From assembly GCA_045863855.1 (NCBI GenBank), contig BTVV01000047.1, forward strand, positions 1 through 43,030: a stretch of 43,030 bases of DNA, given 5' to 3'. The notes beneath the pieces are model-generated. The model ran no database searches, was not told the origin of the DNA, and saw only the letters and a list, made by a program, of their open reading frames with translations. Positions 1-8,258 of this stretch are shown piece by piece. This DNA is from Planctomycetota bacterium. Lineage in GTDB: Bacteria; Planctomycetota; SZUA-567; H5-PLA8. A program made the translations under genes and the position numbers. Position 1 is the stretch's first letter. The number at the start of each line of letters is the position of its first letter.

Positions 1-957
1 GAAATCGGTGAGGGCGGGAAGCAGGCTAGAGTGAGCTACCTGCGTATCGGCCAGCGCCTTTAACTCCTCCATTCTCTTTGATATAAATTCCTCCGGCCCT
101 CCTGCTATGCATCCCTTATCACCGATTACAAAATGGGGCTTGGGAGTTACTCGAACACTCGTTTCATATTCGTACTCACTTTTCGTAATCCCATAATACC
201 CTCCCAAATGTGCTTCATATCCCATTGCATTAATAGAAACCAATTCAGGGGATATTTCCCTCATTCCGTTTGGTATGGAAAAGAGGCAGCCACCAATAGA
301 CGCCTTCGCGCTAATGCTCTTATATGCCCCTAATAGCGGATAAAAATGCTGAACATACTCGGCCAACCTTGATCCAGGAAGAAACGACACCAACTTTAAT
401 CCATCTAAATCGGTTAATCCGCAATCCGCAATCCGAAATCCGCAATCTAATATCGGATGCCCCATCCACTCCGTCCTCATCGCCCGCTGCGGCGACTTGA
501 ATTTATCGAAAAACGGCGGCTCGAATTCGAAGACGCAGTACGCGCGGTCGATGAACTCCGCCATCTTCGCCGCGCGCTTGGGCTTCCAGGCCCAGACTTG
601 CGGGACGATGTAGTAGAGGCACGGTATGCCGAGCTTCTTCACTTCCTTCGCGAAGCGCAAGTTGAAGCCGGGGTAGTCGATGCAGATCAGAGCAGCGGGC
701 TTTTCCTGCTTCACGCGGTCGAGCAGTTGGTAAAAGACCTGCTTGAAGAAGCCGTAGCGTTTGGCGACTTCCCAGAAGCCGACGACCTGCATGCCGTCGA
801 GGTCTTTGAAGACTTCCAGCCCCGCCGCCGCCATCTGCGGGCCGCCCATCCCCACGCAACGCACGGACGGATCGAGCGCCTTGAGCGCCGCGACGAGCTT
901 GCCGCCGTGAAGATCGCCCGAGGCTTCGCCGGCGAGAAAAAAAAGCGTGCGGGACAT
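1..957 (-). CDS. lpxB: Lipid-A-disaccharide synthase, 3' end outside the window
   Basis: Absent from the ORF track because it runs off the edge. Manual translation from ATG at 957: MSRTLFFLAGEASGDLHGG...ICIDYPGFNLRFAK...YYIVPQVWAWKPKR...WMGHP...FLPGSR. These are hallmark LpxB motifs. No stop before base 1. Confidence 0.93.
   Translation of the reverse strand, partial: MSRTLFFLAGEASGDLHGGKLVAALKALDPSVRCVGMGGPQMAAAGLEVFKDLDGMQVVGFWEVAKRYGFFKQVFYQLLDRVKQEKPAALICIDYPGFNLRFAKEVKKLGIPCLYYIVPQVWAWKPKRAAKMAEFIDRAYCVFEFEPPFFDKFKSPQRAMRTEWMGHPILDCGFRIADCGLTDLDGLKLVSFLPGSRLAEYVQHFYPLLGAYKSISAKASIGGCLFSIPNGMREISPELVSINAMGYEAHLGGYYGITKSEYEYETSVRVTPKPHFVIGDKGCIAGGPEEFISKRMEELKALADTQVAHSSLLPALTDF
416..450. 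repeat. 7-mer tandem array (AATCCGC)x~5 inside lpxB
   Basis: AATCCGC AATCCGC AATCCGA AATCCGC AATCTAA; reads LDCGFRIADCGL in the lpxB frame. Confidence 0.9.
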
Positions 958-996
958 GGGGGGAGGTTACGGGACGGAGAAAAAACGTAAAGACTG

Positions 997-1101
997 GTTT
1001 CCAGTTTCCAGTGAACGACAAAACCGGCCCGCGGCATCCAAACGCCCGCTGCTTTGATTTTTTCGCCTTTAGCTGGAAACCCGAAACCAGAGACGGGAAA
1101 C
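997..1101. repeat. Two oppositely oriented 7-mer arrays in the divergent lpxB/oxidoreductase intergenic region
   Basis: GTTTCCA GTTTCCA at 997-1010, and TGGAAAC CCGAAAC CAGAGAC GGGAAAC at 1074-1101. Confidence 0.65.
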
Positions 1102-1120
1102 TCATGCCAAAGGAGATCCC

Positions 1121-2164
1121 ATGTCCCCCACTCTGCGCATCGGCATCGTCGGCGCCGGCGGCATCTGCCGCAGCAAGCACATCCCGAACTTCAAGCAACT
1201 CCCCGGCTGCGAATTCGTGGCCGTCTGCAACCGCACGCACGCATCGGGCGCCAAGGTCGCGGCCGAGTTCGGCATTCCGGAGGTGGAAACCGACTGGAAG
1301 AAGCTCGTCGCGCGCGCCGACTTGAACGTGATCGTGATCGGCACATGGCCGGACATGCACCGCGACGTGACGGTCGCGGCGTTGAAGGCCGGCAAGCACG
1401 TGCTCTGCGAGAGCCGCATGGCTTGGGACGAGAAGCACGCGCACGCGATGCTCGCCGCGGCCAAGGCCGCCAAGCGCAAGAAGCTCGTCACGATGCTCTG
1501 CCCGCCGCCCACGGGCTTCCGCGGCGATTTCGTGATGCAGCGCCTGATCCGGGAAGGCGTGCTCGGCAAGCCGACTCAGCTTTACGTGCGGCACATGAAC
1601 GGCGGGCTGCTGGACGGTTCCAAGCCGATCTACTGGCGGCAGATCCGCAAATTCCAAGGCATCAACGCACTGACGCTGGGGATGCTCAACGAGCCCGTCG
1701 AGCGCTGGTTCGGTTCGACCGTCCGCGTCATGGCGCAGACGAAGATCCTCACGCCCAAGCGCCCGGTGGAGGCCGGTAGCTCGAAACTTCAGAAGGTCGA
1801 ACGCCCGGACCTGATCAGTATCCTGGCCGAAATGAAAAACGGGATGCAGGCGACCTACATGTTCAGCGGTTTGGCGCAGCACAGCGGCATGAACGTCGTC
1901 GAAGCGTTCGGAACCGCGGGCATGATCCGCTACGACTTGGACAGCAATCGGATCTACGTGGGGCGCACCGGCCAAGCGCCGCAGGAAGTTGCCTACGGCG
2001 ATACCGAAGCCCGGCACTGGACCGTGGAAGCCGACTTCGTGAGCGCGATCCGCACGGGCGCCCCGGTGACGCCTTCGTTCGAAGAAGGTGTGAAGTACAT
2101 GGACTTTAGCGCGGCGGTGGAGCGTTCGGCGCAGACCGGTAAAGCGGTGCGCGTGGGCGCGTAG
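1121..2164 (+). CDS. Gfo/Idh/MocA family NAD(P)-dependent oxidoreductase
   Basis: N-terminal Rossmann motif IGIVGAGGI; AGKHVLCESRMA is a variant of the KHVLCEKP motif; AAGGAG RBS upstream. Confidence 0.9.
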   Translation: MSPTLRIGIVGAGGICRSKHIPNFKQLPGCEFVAVCNRTHASGAKVAAEFGIPEVETDWKKLVARADLNVIVIGTWPDMHRDVTVAALKAGKHVLCESRMAWDEKHAHAMLAAAKAAKRKKLVTMLCPPPTGFRGDFVMQRLIREGVLGKPTQLYVRHMNGGLLDGSKPIYWRQIRKFQGINALTLGMLNEPVERWFGSTVRVMAQTKILTPKRPVEAGSSKLQKVERPDLISILAEMKNGMQATYMFSGLAQHSGMNVVEAFGTAGMIRYDLDSNRIYVGRTGQAPQEVAYGDTEARHWTVEADFVSAIRTGAPVTPSFEEGVKYMDFSAAVERSAQTGKAVRVGA

Positions 2165-2423
2165 CGGCACTACCAACCAAACGTGTTAATCCTCAATGGG
2201 TTAGCACTTACAGGGGTTTTCTCAGACCGGGATCTAACGGATTTATTCGTGCTTTCCTGGCGCTTGTCGGGTACCTGCTGCGTCTATAGATTAGCCAGCC
2301 GGAACACAGCGTGCAGATGTTGCAGTCCACGAGGTGCGTCGTCCGTCTAACGGACACCTTCCATGCCTGTCCGCAGGGCGTGGAAGCAGGGTGCGTAACC
2401 CGCAAGGAGCCAACCTCTTCGCC

Positions 2424-5400
2424 ATGGCGTCCACGGTTAGCCCCGAGCCCTACAAGACCTTGTGCGTGCAACTGGGTCTGCTTTCCAAGGCGAAAGCGGA
2501 ACAGATGGCCCGGTTGCAGGAGCACGTGGCGGCCACCACGGGCTTGGAGAAGGATTACCTGGAGATCTGCGTTCAGAAGGGCTCGCTGACCGCAGAACAG
2601 GTGAAGCTGGTGCGCGAAGAAGCCAAAAAGCGCAGCAACACCGAGGCTCCGGCGGCCGAAGGCGCGAAACCGAAGCTCAAGGAACTGGCCGGATTCGAGA
2701 TCATCGAGAAGGTCGGCCAGGGCGCGATGGGCGCGGTCTTCAAGGTGCGCCAGAAGTCGCTCGACCGCATCGTGGCCTTGAAGATCCTCCCGCCCAAGCT
2801 GGCCAAGAACAAGCAGTTCGTCGAGCGTTTCGTGCGCGAGGCGCGGGCCAGCGCGGCACTGAACCATCCCAACATCGTCCAGGGTATCGACGTCGGCGAA
2901 GATCAGGGCATCAACTACTTCGCCATGGAGTTCATCGACGGCGAGACGGTCCAGGACCGGCTCAAGCGCGAAGGCAAGCTGCCGCTGCAGGACGTCCTGG
3001 AAATCGGCCGGCAGACTTCGCTGGCCTTGGCGCATGCGCATCACCGCAACGTAATCCACCGCGACATCAAGCCGGCGAACCTGATGCTGGTCAAGCCCGC
3101 GAGCGCCCGCCAGGGGCTCACCGTCAAGGTGATGGACCTGGGCTTGGCGCGGGCGCTGGAAGACGAAGAAGGGCACCGCACCGAGGTCGGTTCCGCGCTG
3201 GGCACGCCGTACTACCTTTCGCCCGAACAGGCGCGTGGCGAACAGAACCTCACCGGCGCGTGCGACCTCTACTGTCTGGGCGGCACGCTTTATCACCTGC
3301 TGACCGGCAAACCGCCGTACGAGGGCGAGAGCTCGGCGGTGATCATGAGCAAGCATCTGACGCAGCCGGTGCCCGATCCGCAGGCGCTGGAGCCGGATCT
3401 GCCTTACGAAGTGAGCGAGATCGTCAAGAAGCTGATGGCCAAGAAGCCCGAGGAACGCTACCCGAACGGGGAAGCGCTGGCCGACGACTTGAGCGCCGTG
3501 TTGGCGGGGAACAATCCCAAGCTGATCAAGCTGAAAGGCGCGCGCGGCAAGAGCACCGGGCCGGTGGGGCCGATCACGTCCAAGCTGGGTACGACCGGCC
3601 CACGCGGAAAAGTCACGACCAAACCGGCCGGAGCGATCGGAGCGCGGCGCGAGTCCGATGAAGGCAAGGCTGCGCCCAAGCGCCTGCCCATGATCCCGAT
3701 GGCGATTGCCGGGGTGGTGCTGCTGGGCGGCCTGGCCGCATTGTTCTCGGGCGGGTCGGGGGCTCCGGCGAATACGACAACCGCGAAGCAGGCGAATCCC
3801 GAGGCGAACAAGACTCAGACTGTGCCGGAGCAACCGTCCCAGAAGGGTCCGTCGACGGAAGAGATCGCCCGGTTAAAGGCGCAGGAAGAGACCAAACAGG
3901 CTGAAGTGGAGCGGCTGGCGCGGCTGGACGCGCAGAAGGAAGCCGCGCTGAAGCTCGACCAAGGCGCGGCTCAGGATTTCACCGCGCGCGAACGGGCTTG
4001 GCTGGATCTGAAGATCGCCGCCGGCGGCGATCACACGCTGGGACAGATGGCCGAACAAAAGCTCAAGTCCCTGGGCGAACAGCGCGCGGCCTTCGCAGTG
4101 CAAGCGGCCGAAGGCATCGCCACCGAAGCGCGCGCACGCGCGGCGGGATCCGATTTCGACGCCGCGCTGGCTCACTTGGGCACGCTCGACTCCAAACTGC
4201 AGCTCGAACCCGCGCAAGCGATCCTGGAGCGCGCACGGCAGGAGATCGTCGCACAGGCCGTACAGGCCGGACAGAAGGAACTGGCGGCGGCGGGCGAACT
4301 GGCGGCGGCGGGCAAGTGGGACGAAGCGGTCGTAGCTTACGAACGCGCGGCGGCCTTCAAGTACCAGCCGACGGTACAAGAAGCGCGGGCCAAGCAGGGC
4401 GAAGCCAAGGCGAAGGTGGCCGAGCGCTTGGCCGCCGCGGAAAAGCTGGCTCAGGAAAAATTCGGGGAATTGCTAGCCAAGCTGAACGAAGCGATGGAGA
4501 AACGCGAATTCGACGCCGCGCAGACGGAAATGCGGCGCGCCCTGGCGGATTCGAGCCTCGCGGCCCGGCGGGACGCGGTGGAAGCGCTGCCCGCGGCGTT
4601 GGAAGGCGTGGAGGTGGTGGTGGGGTTGGCGGGCAAGCGCTTGGACGCTGCAGGCGAAAAGGGCATGACGCCGCCCGGCGGTAAATCGGTCTACTACAAG
4701 CTCGATAACGGACGCCTGCACTACCGCCCGTATCCCGAATTCCCCCAGGTCTCCAACATGGCCGTCGAGCGCGCGCCGTGGCCGGATCTCTTCTATTTGG
4801 CCGGCTTGCAGGGCGAGGCCGCGGTCGCGGGCCTGCGCGCGGTGCCGCTCGAGAAGGCCGAAGCGCTGGCGGGATTACTGGCCCTGCTGGGCGAGCCCGA
4901 TCACGCGCTGCTCCTGCTGCAGCGCATGCAAGAACAGGGCAACGAACATCTCAAGCGCCGCGCGGCGCTCTGGACGCCCGTGCTGGTGCAGTTGAGCCGC
5001 GATCCGCAGGCCCAGCTTGCCTCCGAAGCGATCAAGAAGCTTCAGGAATCGGTCGCCAACGAACGCTGGGACGAAGCGGCCAAGTCGCTCGCGGCGCTCG
5101 AAGACCCGGGCCTGAAGAACCATCCCGTGGTGGCCAAGCAAGCCGCACAGATCGCCGCCTTGAAGGACAAGATACCCGCCGCAGCCGCTCCGGCGCTCAC
5201 GGAATTGGCCAAACTCTTTAAGGGCAAGTTCACCGATCTGGGCGATGGCCGCGTGCAACTGGAATACGACTGGACCGACGCCGCGCAGCTCGAAGACTTT
5301 CCTTACCGCTTTGGCGGCGTGCGCGTGTTAGCCAACGAGCTGCAATTCTTCACCGGCCGCGAGGATAACCTGGGCGCGGTGTACCACATGGCCTGCTGGC

Positions 5401-6278
5401 AGCCGTCCATCAAGCTCGCCTTCACGGGCCGGTCGATTCAGCGCGTCGGCGCGATGCTGAATCACCAGGTCCAGACCGTGGACGCGAAGGAATGCTGGAA
5501 GCAGGGGCTGTACATCGACGTCGGTTCCAAGGAACTGGCCCGGATTTTCCGCCTCGGCACGGAAGTGTACCGCAAGCCGTTCGTGCTGCCGCCCAACCGC
5601 GAACCGGTTCAGGTGGAGATCGGCTTCGACGGCAAAGACACGCTGCTGGCCTGCCAAGGGCAGGAATTGATCCGCTACCCCGACCAGCAGCCTCCCGGCG
5701 CGGCTACGCACAACCGCTGGGGGCTGATGTGCACGCTGGACGCGTCGTACGGCAAGGTCACGATTTCGGGCAAGCTGCAGGCCGAATGGGTGGCGCAGGC
5801 GCTGAAGGATCCGGCCAGCGTCCGCACGGTTCCGGCGCACGTGGCCGTTGCAGCGCCGCCGCCCGGGCCCAATCCCCCGCCCGCTCCGGATACGCCGGTG
5901 GCCGCGCCGGCTCCACCGCCGGCCGAACGGAAGATCAAGCAGCGCGTGCAGCTTTACGCCCACGGCAATCTGCGCTGGCAGGACACCAAGGTGGTCGTAA
6001 ACGCCGGCCAACAGGTCGAGATCGTGGCCGAAGGCCAGTGGAGCCAAGGGCCGCGCAACCCGCCCGTCGGCCCCGACGGCGCCAAGGAACCGCTGGGCGA
6101 ATGGCCGGCCATGTCGCTGCTGGTCAAGCGCGGGGGCGGCGAAGGCGGCATCACCCTGGTGGGCAAGAAGTGGAACGGCACCTTCGAGGAAGGCGGAAAG
6201 CTCTTCATTCAAGCCAACGACACGGCTCACAAAGACAACTTGGGCTTCGTGACGGTGACCATCACCGTATTCGAGTAA
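2424..6278 (+). CDS. Membrane-anchored Hanks-type Ser/Thr protein kinase with a long C-terminal helical and beta-sandwich region
   Basis: Kinase motifs GQGAMGAV, VALK, HRDIKPAN, DLG, GTPYYLSPEQ; transmembrane segment MAIAGVVLLGGLAALF. Start set at ATG 2424 after AAGGAG. Confidence 0.93.
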   Translation: MASTVSPEPYKTLCVQLGLLSKAKAEQMARLQEHVAATTGLEKDYLEICVQKGSLTAEQVKLVREEAKKRSNTEAPAAEGAKPKLKELAGFEIIEKVGQGAMGAVFKVRQKSLDRIVALKILPPKLAKNKQFVERFVREARASAALNHPNIVQGIDVGEDQGINYFAMEFIDGETVQDRLKREGKLPLQDVLEIGRQTSLALAHAHHRNVIHRDIKPANLMLVKPASARQGLTVKVMDLGLARALEDEEGHRTEVGSALGTPYYLSPEQARGEQNLTGACDLYCLGGTLYHLLTGKPPYEGESSAVIMSKHLTQPVPDPQALEPDLPYEVSEIVKKLMAKKPEERYPNGEALADDLSAVLAGNNPKLIKLKGARGKSTGPVGPITSKLGTTGPRGKVTTKPAGAIGARRESDEGKAAPKRLPMIPMAIAGVVLLGGLAALFSGGSGAPANTTTAKQANPEANKTQTVPEQPSQKGPSTEEIARLKAQEETKQAEVERLARLDAQKEAALKLDQGAAQDFTARERAWLDLKIAAGGDHTLGQMAEQKLKSLGEQRAAFAVQAAEGIATEARARAAGSDFDAALAHLGTLDSKLQLEPAQAILERARQEIVAQAVQAGQKELAAAGELAAAGKWDEAVVAYERAAAFKYQPTVQEARAKQGEAKAKVAERLAAAEKLAQEKFGELLAKLNEAMEKREFDAAQTEMRRALADSSLAARRDAVEALPAALEGVEVVVGLAGKRLDAAGEKGMTPPGGKSVYYKLDNGRLHYRPYPEFPQVSNMAVERAPWPDLFYLAGLQGEAAVAGLRAVPLEKAEALAGLLALLGEPDHALLLLQRMQEQGNEHLKRRAALWTPVLVQLSRDPQAQLASEAIKKLQESVANERWDEAAKSLAALEDPGLKNHPVVAKQAAQIAALKDKIPAAAAPALTELAKLFKGKFTDLGDGRVQLEYDWTDAAQLEDFPYRFGGVRVLANELQFFTGREDNLGAVYHMACWQPSIKLAFTGRSIQRVGAMLNHQVQTVDAKECWKQGLYIDVGSKELARIFRLGTEVYRKPFVLPPNREPVQVEIGFDGKDTLLACQGQELIRYPDQQPPGAATHNRWGLMCTLDASYGKVTISGKLQAEWVAQALKDPASVRTVPAHVAVAAPPPGPNPPPAPDTPVAAPAPPPAERKIKQRVQLYAHGNLRWQDTKVVVNAGQQVEIVAEGQWSQGPRNPPVGPDGAKEPLGEWPAMSLLVKRGGGEGGITLVGKKWNGTFEEGGKLFIQANDTAHKDNLGFVTVTITVFE

Positions 6279-6418
6279 CGTCCATTATCGCCGTACACAG
6301 CGCTCCGAACACGATGTACATAATCCTATGATGGCGGGCCGTGCACGCCGCACGGGCCAGGCGATTGTATCTTGATGGTGCGTACAGGCTGGCCGCCGGT
6401 ACCCGCGAGGAGAACCCG

Positions 6419-7255
6419 ATGAACGCCGTGCTCGAGGTCAAACCCACCGTGACGGTCACTCAAGCGCAGATCGACTTCTTCCACACCAACGGATTCCTGG
6501 CGCTGGATGCGATCACGACGCGGGCGGACGTCGAACGGCTTCAATCGACCTACGACCGCATCTTCGCGCAAAAGGCCGGACGCGAGGAAGGCAATCAGTT
6601 CGATCTGGGCGGAAGCGACGAGGACGGCAAGCAGGAAGGCCTCCCGCAGATTCTGAACCCCATGAAGTACGCGCCGGAACTGGCCGACATGCTGGCGCGC
6701 GTGAACGCGCGCGCGGTGGCGCAACAGCTTCTGGGCGAAGGCTGCATGGATCGCGGCAGCCACGCCATCCTGAAGCCCGCCGGACACGGGGTTCCCACGC
6801 CCTGGCACCAGGACGAAGCGTACTGGGGCCCGGACTTGGTGTACCGCTCGCTGAGCGTCTGGATTCCGTTGCAGGACGCGACCGTGGAGAACGGGTGCCT
6901 CTGGTTCGTGCCGGGCAGCCACAAACTGGAGATCCTGCCCCACCGCTGCATCGGCGGAGACACGCGCATCCACGGGCTGGAACTGATCGACGCGGAGCAG
7001 CATACGCGCAACGCGGTGGCCTGCCCGATTCCCGCCGGCGGCGCCACGTTCCATCTCAACGGCACGCTGCACTACGCCGGTCCCAACCGCACGAACCAGC
7101 CGCGCCGCGCACTGATTCTGGGCTTCGGCCTGGATGCGAAGAAGCGCGAGACGCCGCGGCGTTTTCCCTGGAACGAAGTCAAAGCCGCGCCGCGCCAGGA
7201 GCGCGCCAAGCAGTTCCAGGAAAAGGCTAAGCAGGTCCCGGCCCCGGCCAAGTAA
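6419..7255 (+). CDS. Phytanoyl-CoA dioxygenase (PhyH) family 2OG-Fe(II) oxygenase
   Basis: TPWHQD, WIPLQDATVENGCLWFVPGSH, LHYAGPN..PRRA; GAGGAG RBS before ATG 6419. Confidence 0.92.
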   Translation: MNAVLEVKPTVTVTQAQIDFFHTNGFLALDAITTRADVERLQSTYDRIFAQKAGREEGNQFDLGGSDEDGKQEGLPQILNPMKYAPELADMLARVNARAVAQQLLGEGCMDRGSHAILKPAGHGVPTPWHQDEAYWGPDLVYRSLSVWIPLQDATVENGCLWFVPGSHKLEILPHRCIGGDTRIHGLELIDAEQHTRNAVACPIPAGGATFHLNGTLHYAGPNRTNQPRRALILGFGLDAKKRETPRRFPWNEVKAAPRQERAKQFQEKAKQVPAPAK

Positions 7256-7284
7256 GCGCCGACACCGAGTATTCTATTCCTCGA

Positions 7285-7319
7285 AACGAGTTCGCGCCCT
7301 GAATGGGCGCGAACTCGTT
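7285..7319 (+). terminator. 15-bp-stem hairpin after the PhyH gene
   Basis: AACGAGTTCGCGCCC-TGAAT-GGGCGCGAACTCGTT; no strong U-tract. Confidence 0.55.
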
Positions 7320-7404
7320 CCCTTGCGCTTGACATCGTCGGCTCATGTCCTAAATAGGACGCTTCACGCCATGAGCGGCGGCCGTCCTGGCCGTCCGTGC
7401 CGGT

Positions 7405-7479
7405 TCCCCGGTAGCTCAATGGTAGAGCATGCGGCTGTTAACCGCAGGGTTGAAGGTTCGAATCCTTCCCGGGGAGCCA
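7405..7479 (+). tRNA. tRNA-Asn (GTT)
   Basis: Acceptor TCCCCGG/CCGGGGA, D-arm AGCTCAATGGTAGAGC, anticodon arm GCGG-CT-GTT-AA-CCGC, T-loop GGTTCGAATCC, encoded CCA. TTGACA at 7329 upstream. Confidence 0.97.
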
Positions 7480-7514
7480 TGACCGTTTCGTTGTTCGAAA
7501 ACCAAGACTTGAAC

Positions 7515-7922
7515 TTATTTCCCCTTCGCTTCGCGCTTCAGGTGCTTGCGCATATAATTTGTCAATGCTTCCTTCGATATGCTGCCGTCCGCAACCCGGA
7601 GCGTTAGATTTTCCAGTTCGTCATCGGTGCCCCGAAGCTTGTAGCCATTCAAGCGCAAGAATACGTCCACTACCGTCAAGGCGACCCTTTTGTACCCATC
7701 CACGAAGGGGTGATTCTTGCAAAGATGGAACAGATAGGCCGCCGCCATGGCGGCCATATCCGCATGCAATAACGCTCCGCCAAATCGCTGCTTGGGCATG
7801 CATACGGCAGACTCGAGCAAGCCTTGGTCGCGAAGTTCCGGCGAACCGCCAAATTCCTTAATGACCCTGGCATGGACAGCACGGACTTGGGCGATGCTTA
7901 AAAAGCAGGGCTCGGAGTTCAC
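7515..7922 (-). CDS. Doc/Fic family (death-on-curing) toxin
   Basis: LRDQGLLESAV, AAAYLFHLCKNHPFVDGYKRVA; GTG start overlaps the antitoxin stop codon. Confidence 0.92.
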   Translation of the reverse strand: MNSEPCFLSIAQVRAVHARVIKEFGGSPELRDQGLLESAVCMPKQRFGGALLHADMAAMAAAYLFHLCKNHPFVDGYKRVALTVVDVFLRLNGYKLRGTDDELENLTLRVADGSISKEALTNYMRKHLKREAKGK

Positions 7923-8149
7923 TGGGCCAGCCGGCGCAACACTTCACGCCGCTCGCTTACGACCCGCTCTAGGCAGGCCTCAAAGCGTGCTTGATCCACG
8001 AGCTGCGGTTCGACGGGAGTGAGGATGATGGAGCCGTCGCGGACGGTAATCTGAACGCGTCCGCCTTCTTTCAATCCCACTAATTCCATTAAAGCCTTAT
8101 CCAACGTCAGCGAACTGCTGTTGCCGACCTTCTTGAGTTGCTTAACCAT
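7919..8149 (-). CDS. AbrB/MazE/SpoVT-type antitoxin
   Basis: MVKQLKKVGNSSSLTLDKALMELVGL is an AbrB-fold signature; C-terminal VLRRLA; lies directly upstream of Doc. Confidence 0.9.
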   Translation of the reverse strand: MVKQLKKVGNSSSLTLDKALMELVGLKEGGRVQITVRDGSIILTPVEPQLVDQARFEACLERVVSERREVLRRLAQ

Positions 8150-8167
8150 AAAGCACCCCTTCTTGCC

Positions 8168-8186
8168 GTTATTACATTGCTATAAC
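8168..8186. promoter_or_regulatory. Putative toxin-antitoxin autoregulatory operator
   Basis: Imperfect inverted repeat GTTATTACA-T-TGCTATAAC, 19-37 bp upstream of the antitoxin ATG. Confidence 0.55.
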
Positions 8187-8258
8187 AGTCCTGCGTGGGT
8201 GTTAAGGCAGCCACGACCATCTGCCGGAGGTGGAAACGATCAATACGCCGGTTGCCGC

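Noticed and set aside
133..990. ORFs 133..333 (+) and 457..990 (+)
   Set aside because: Antisense shadows of lpxB, which the ORF track missed because it is open at the window edge.
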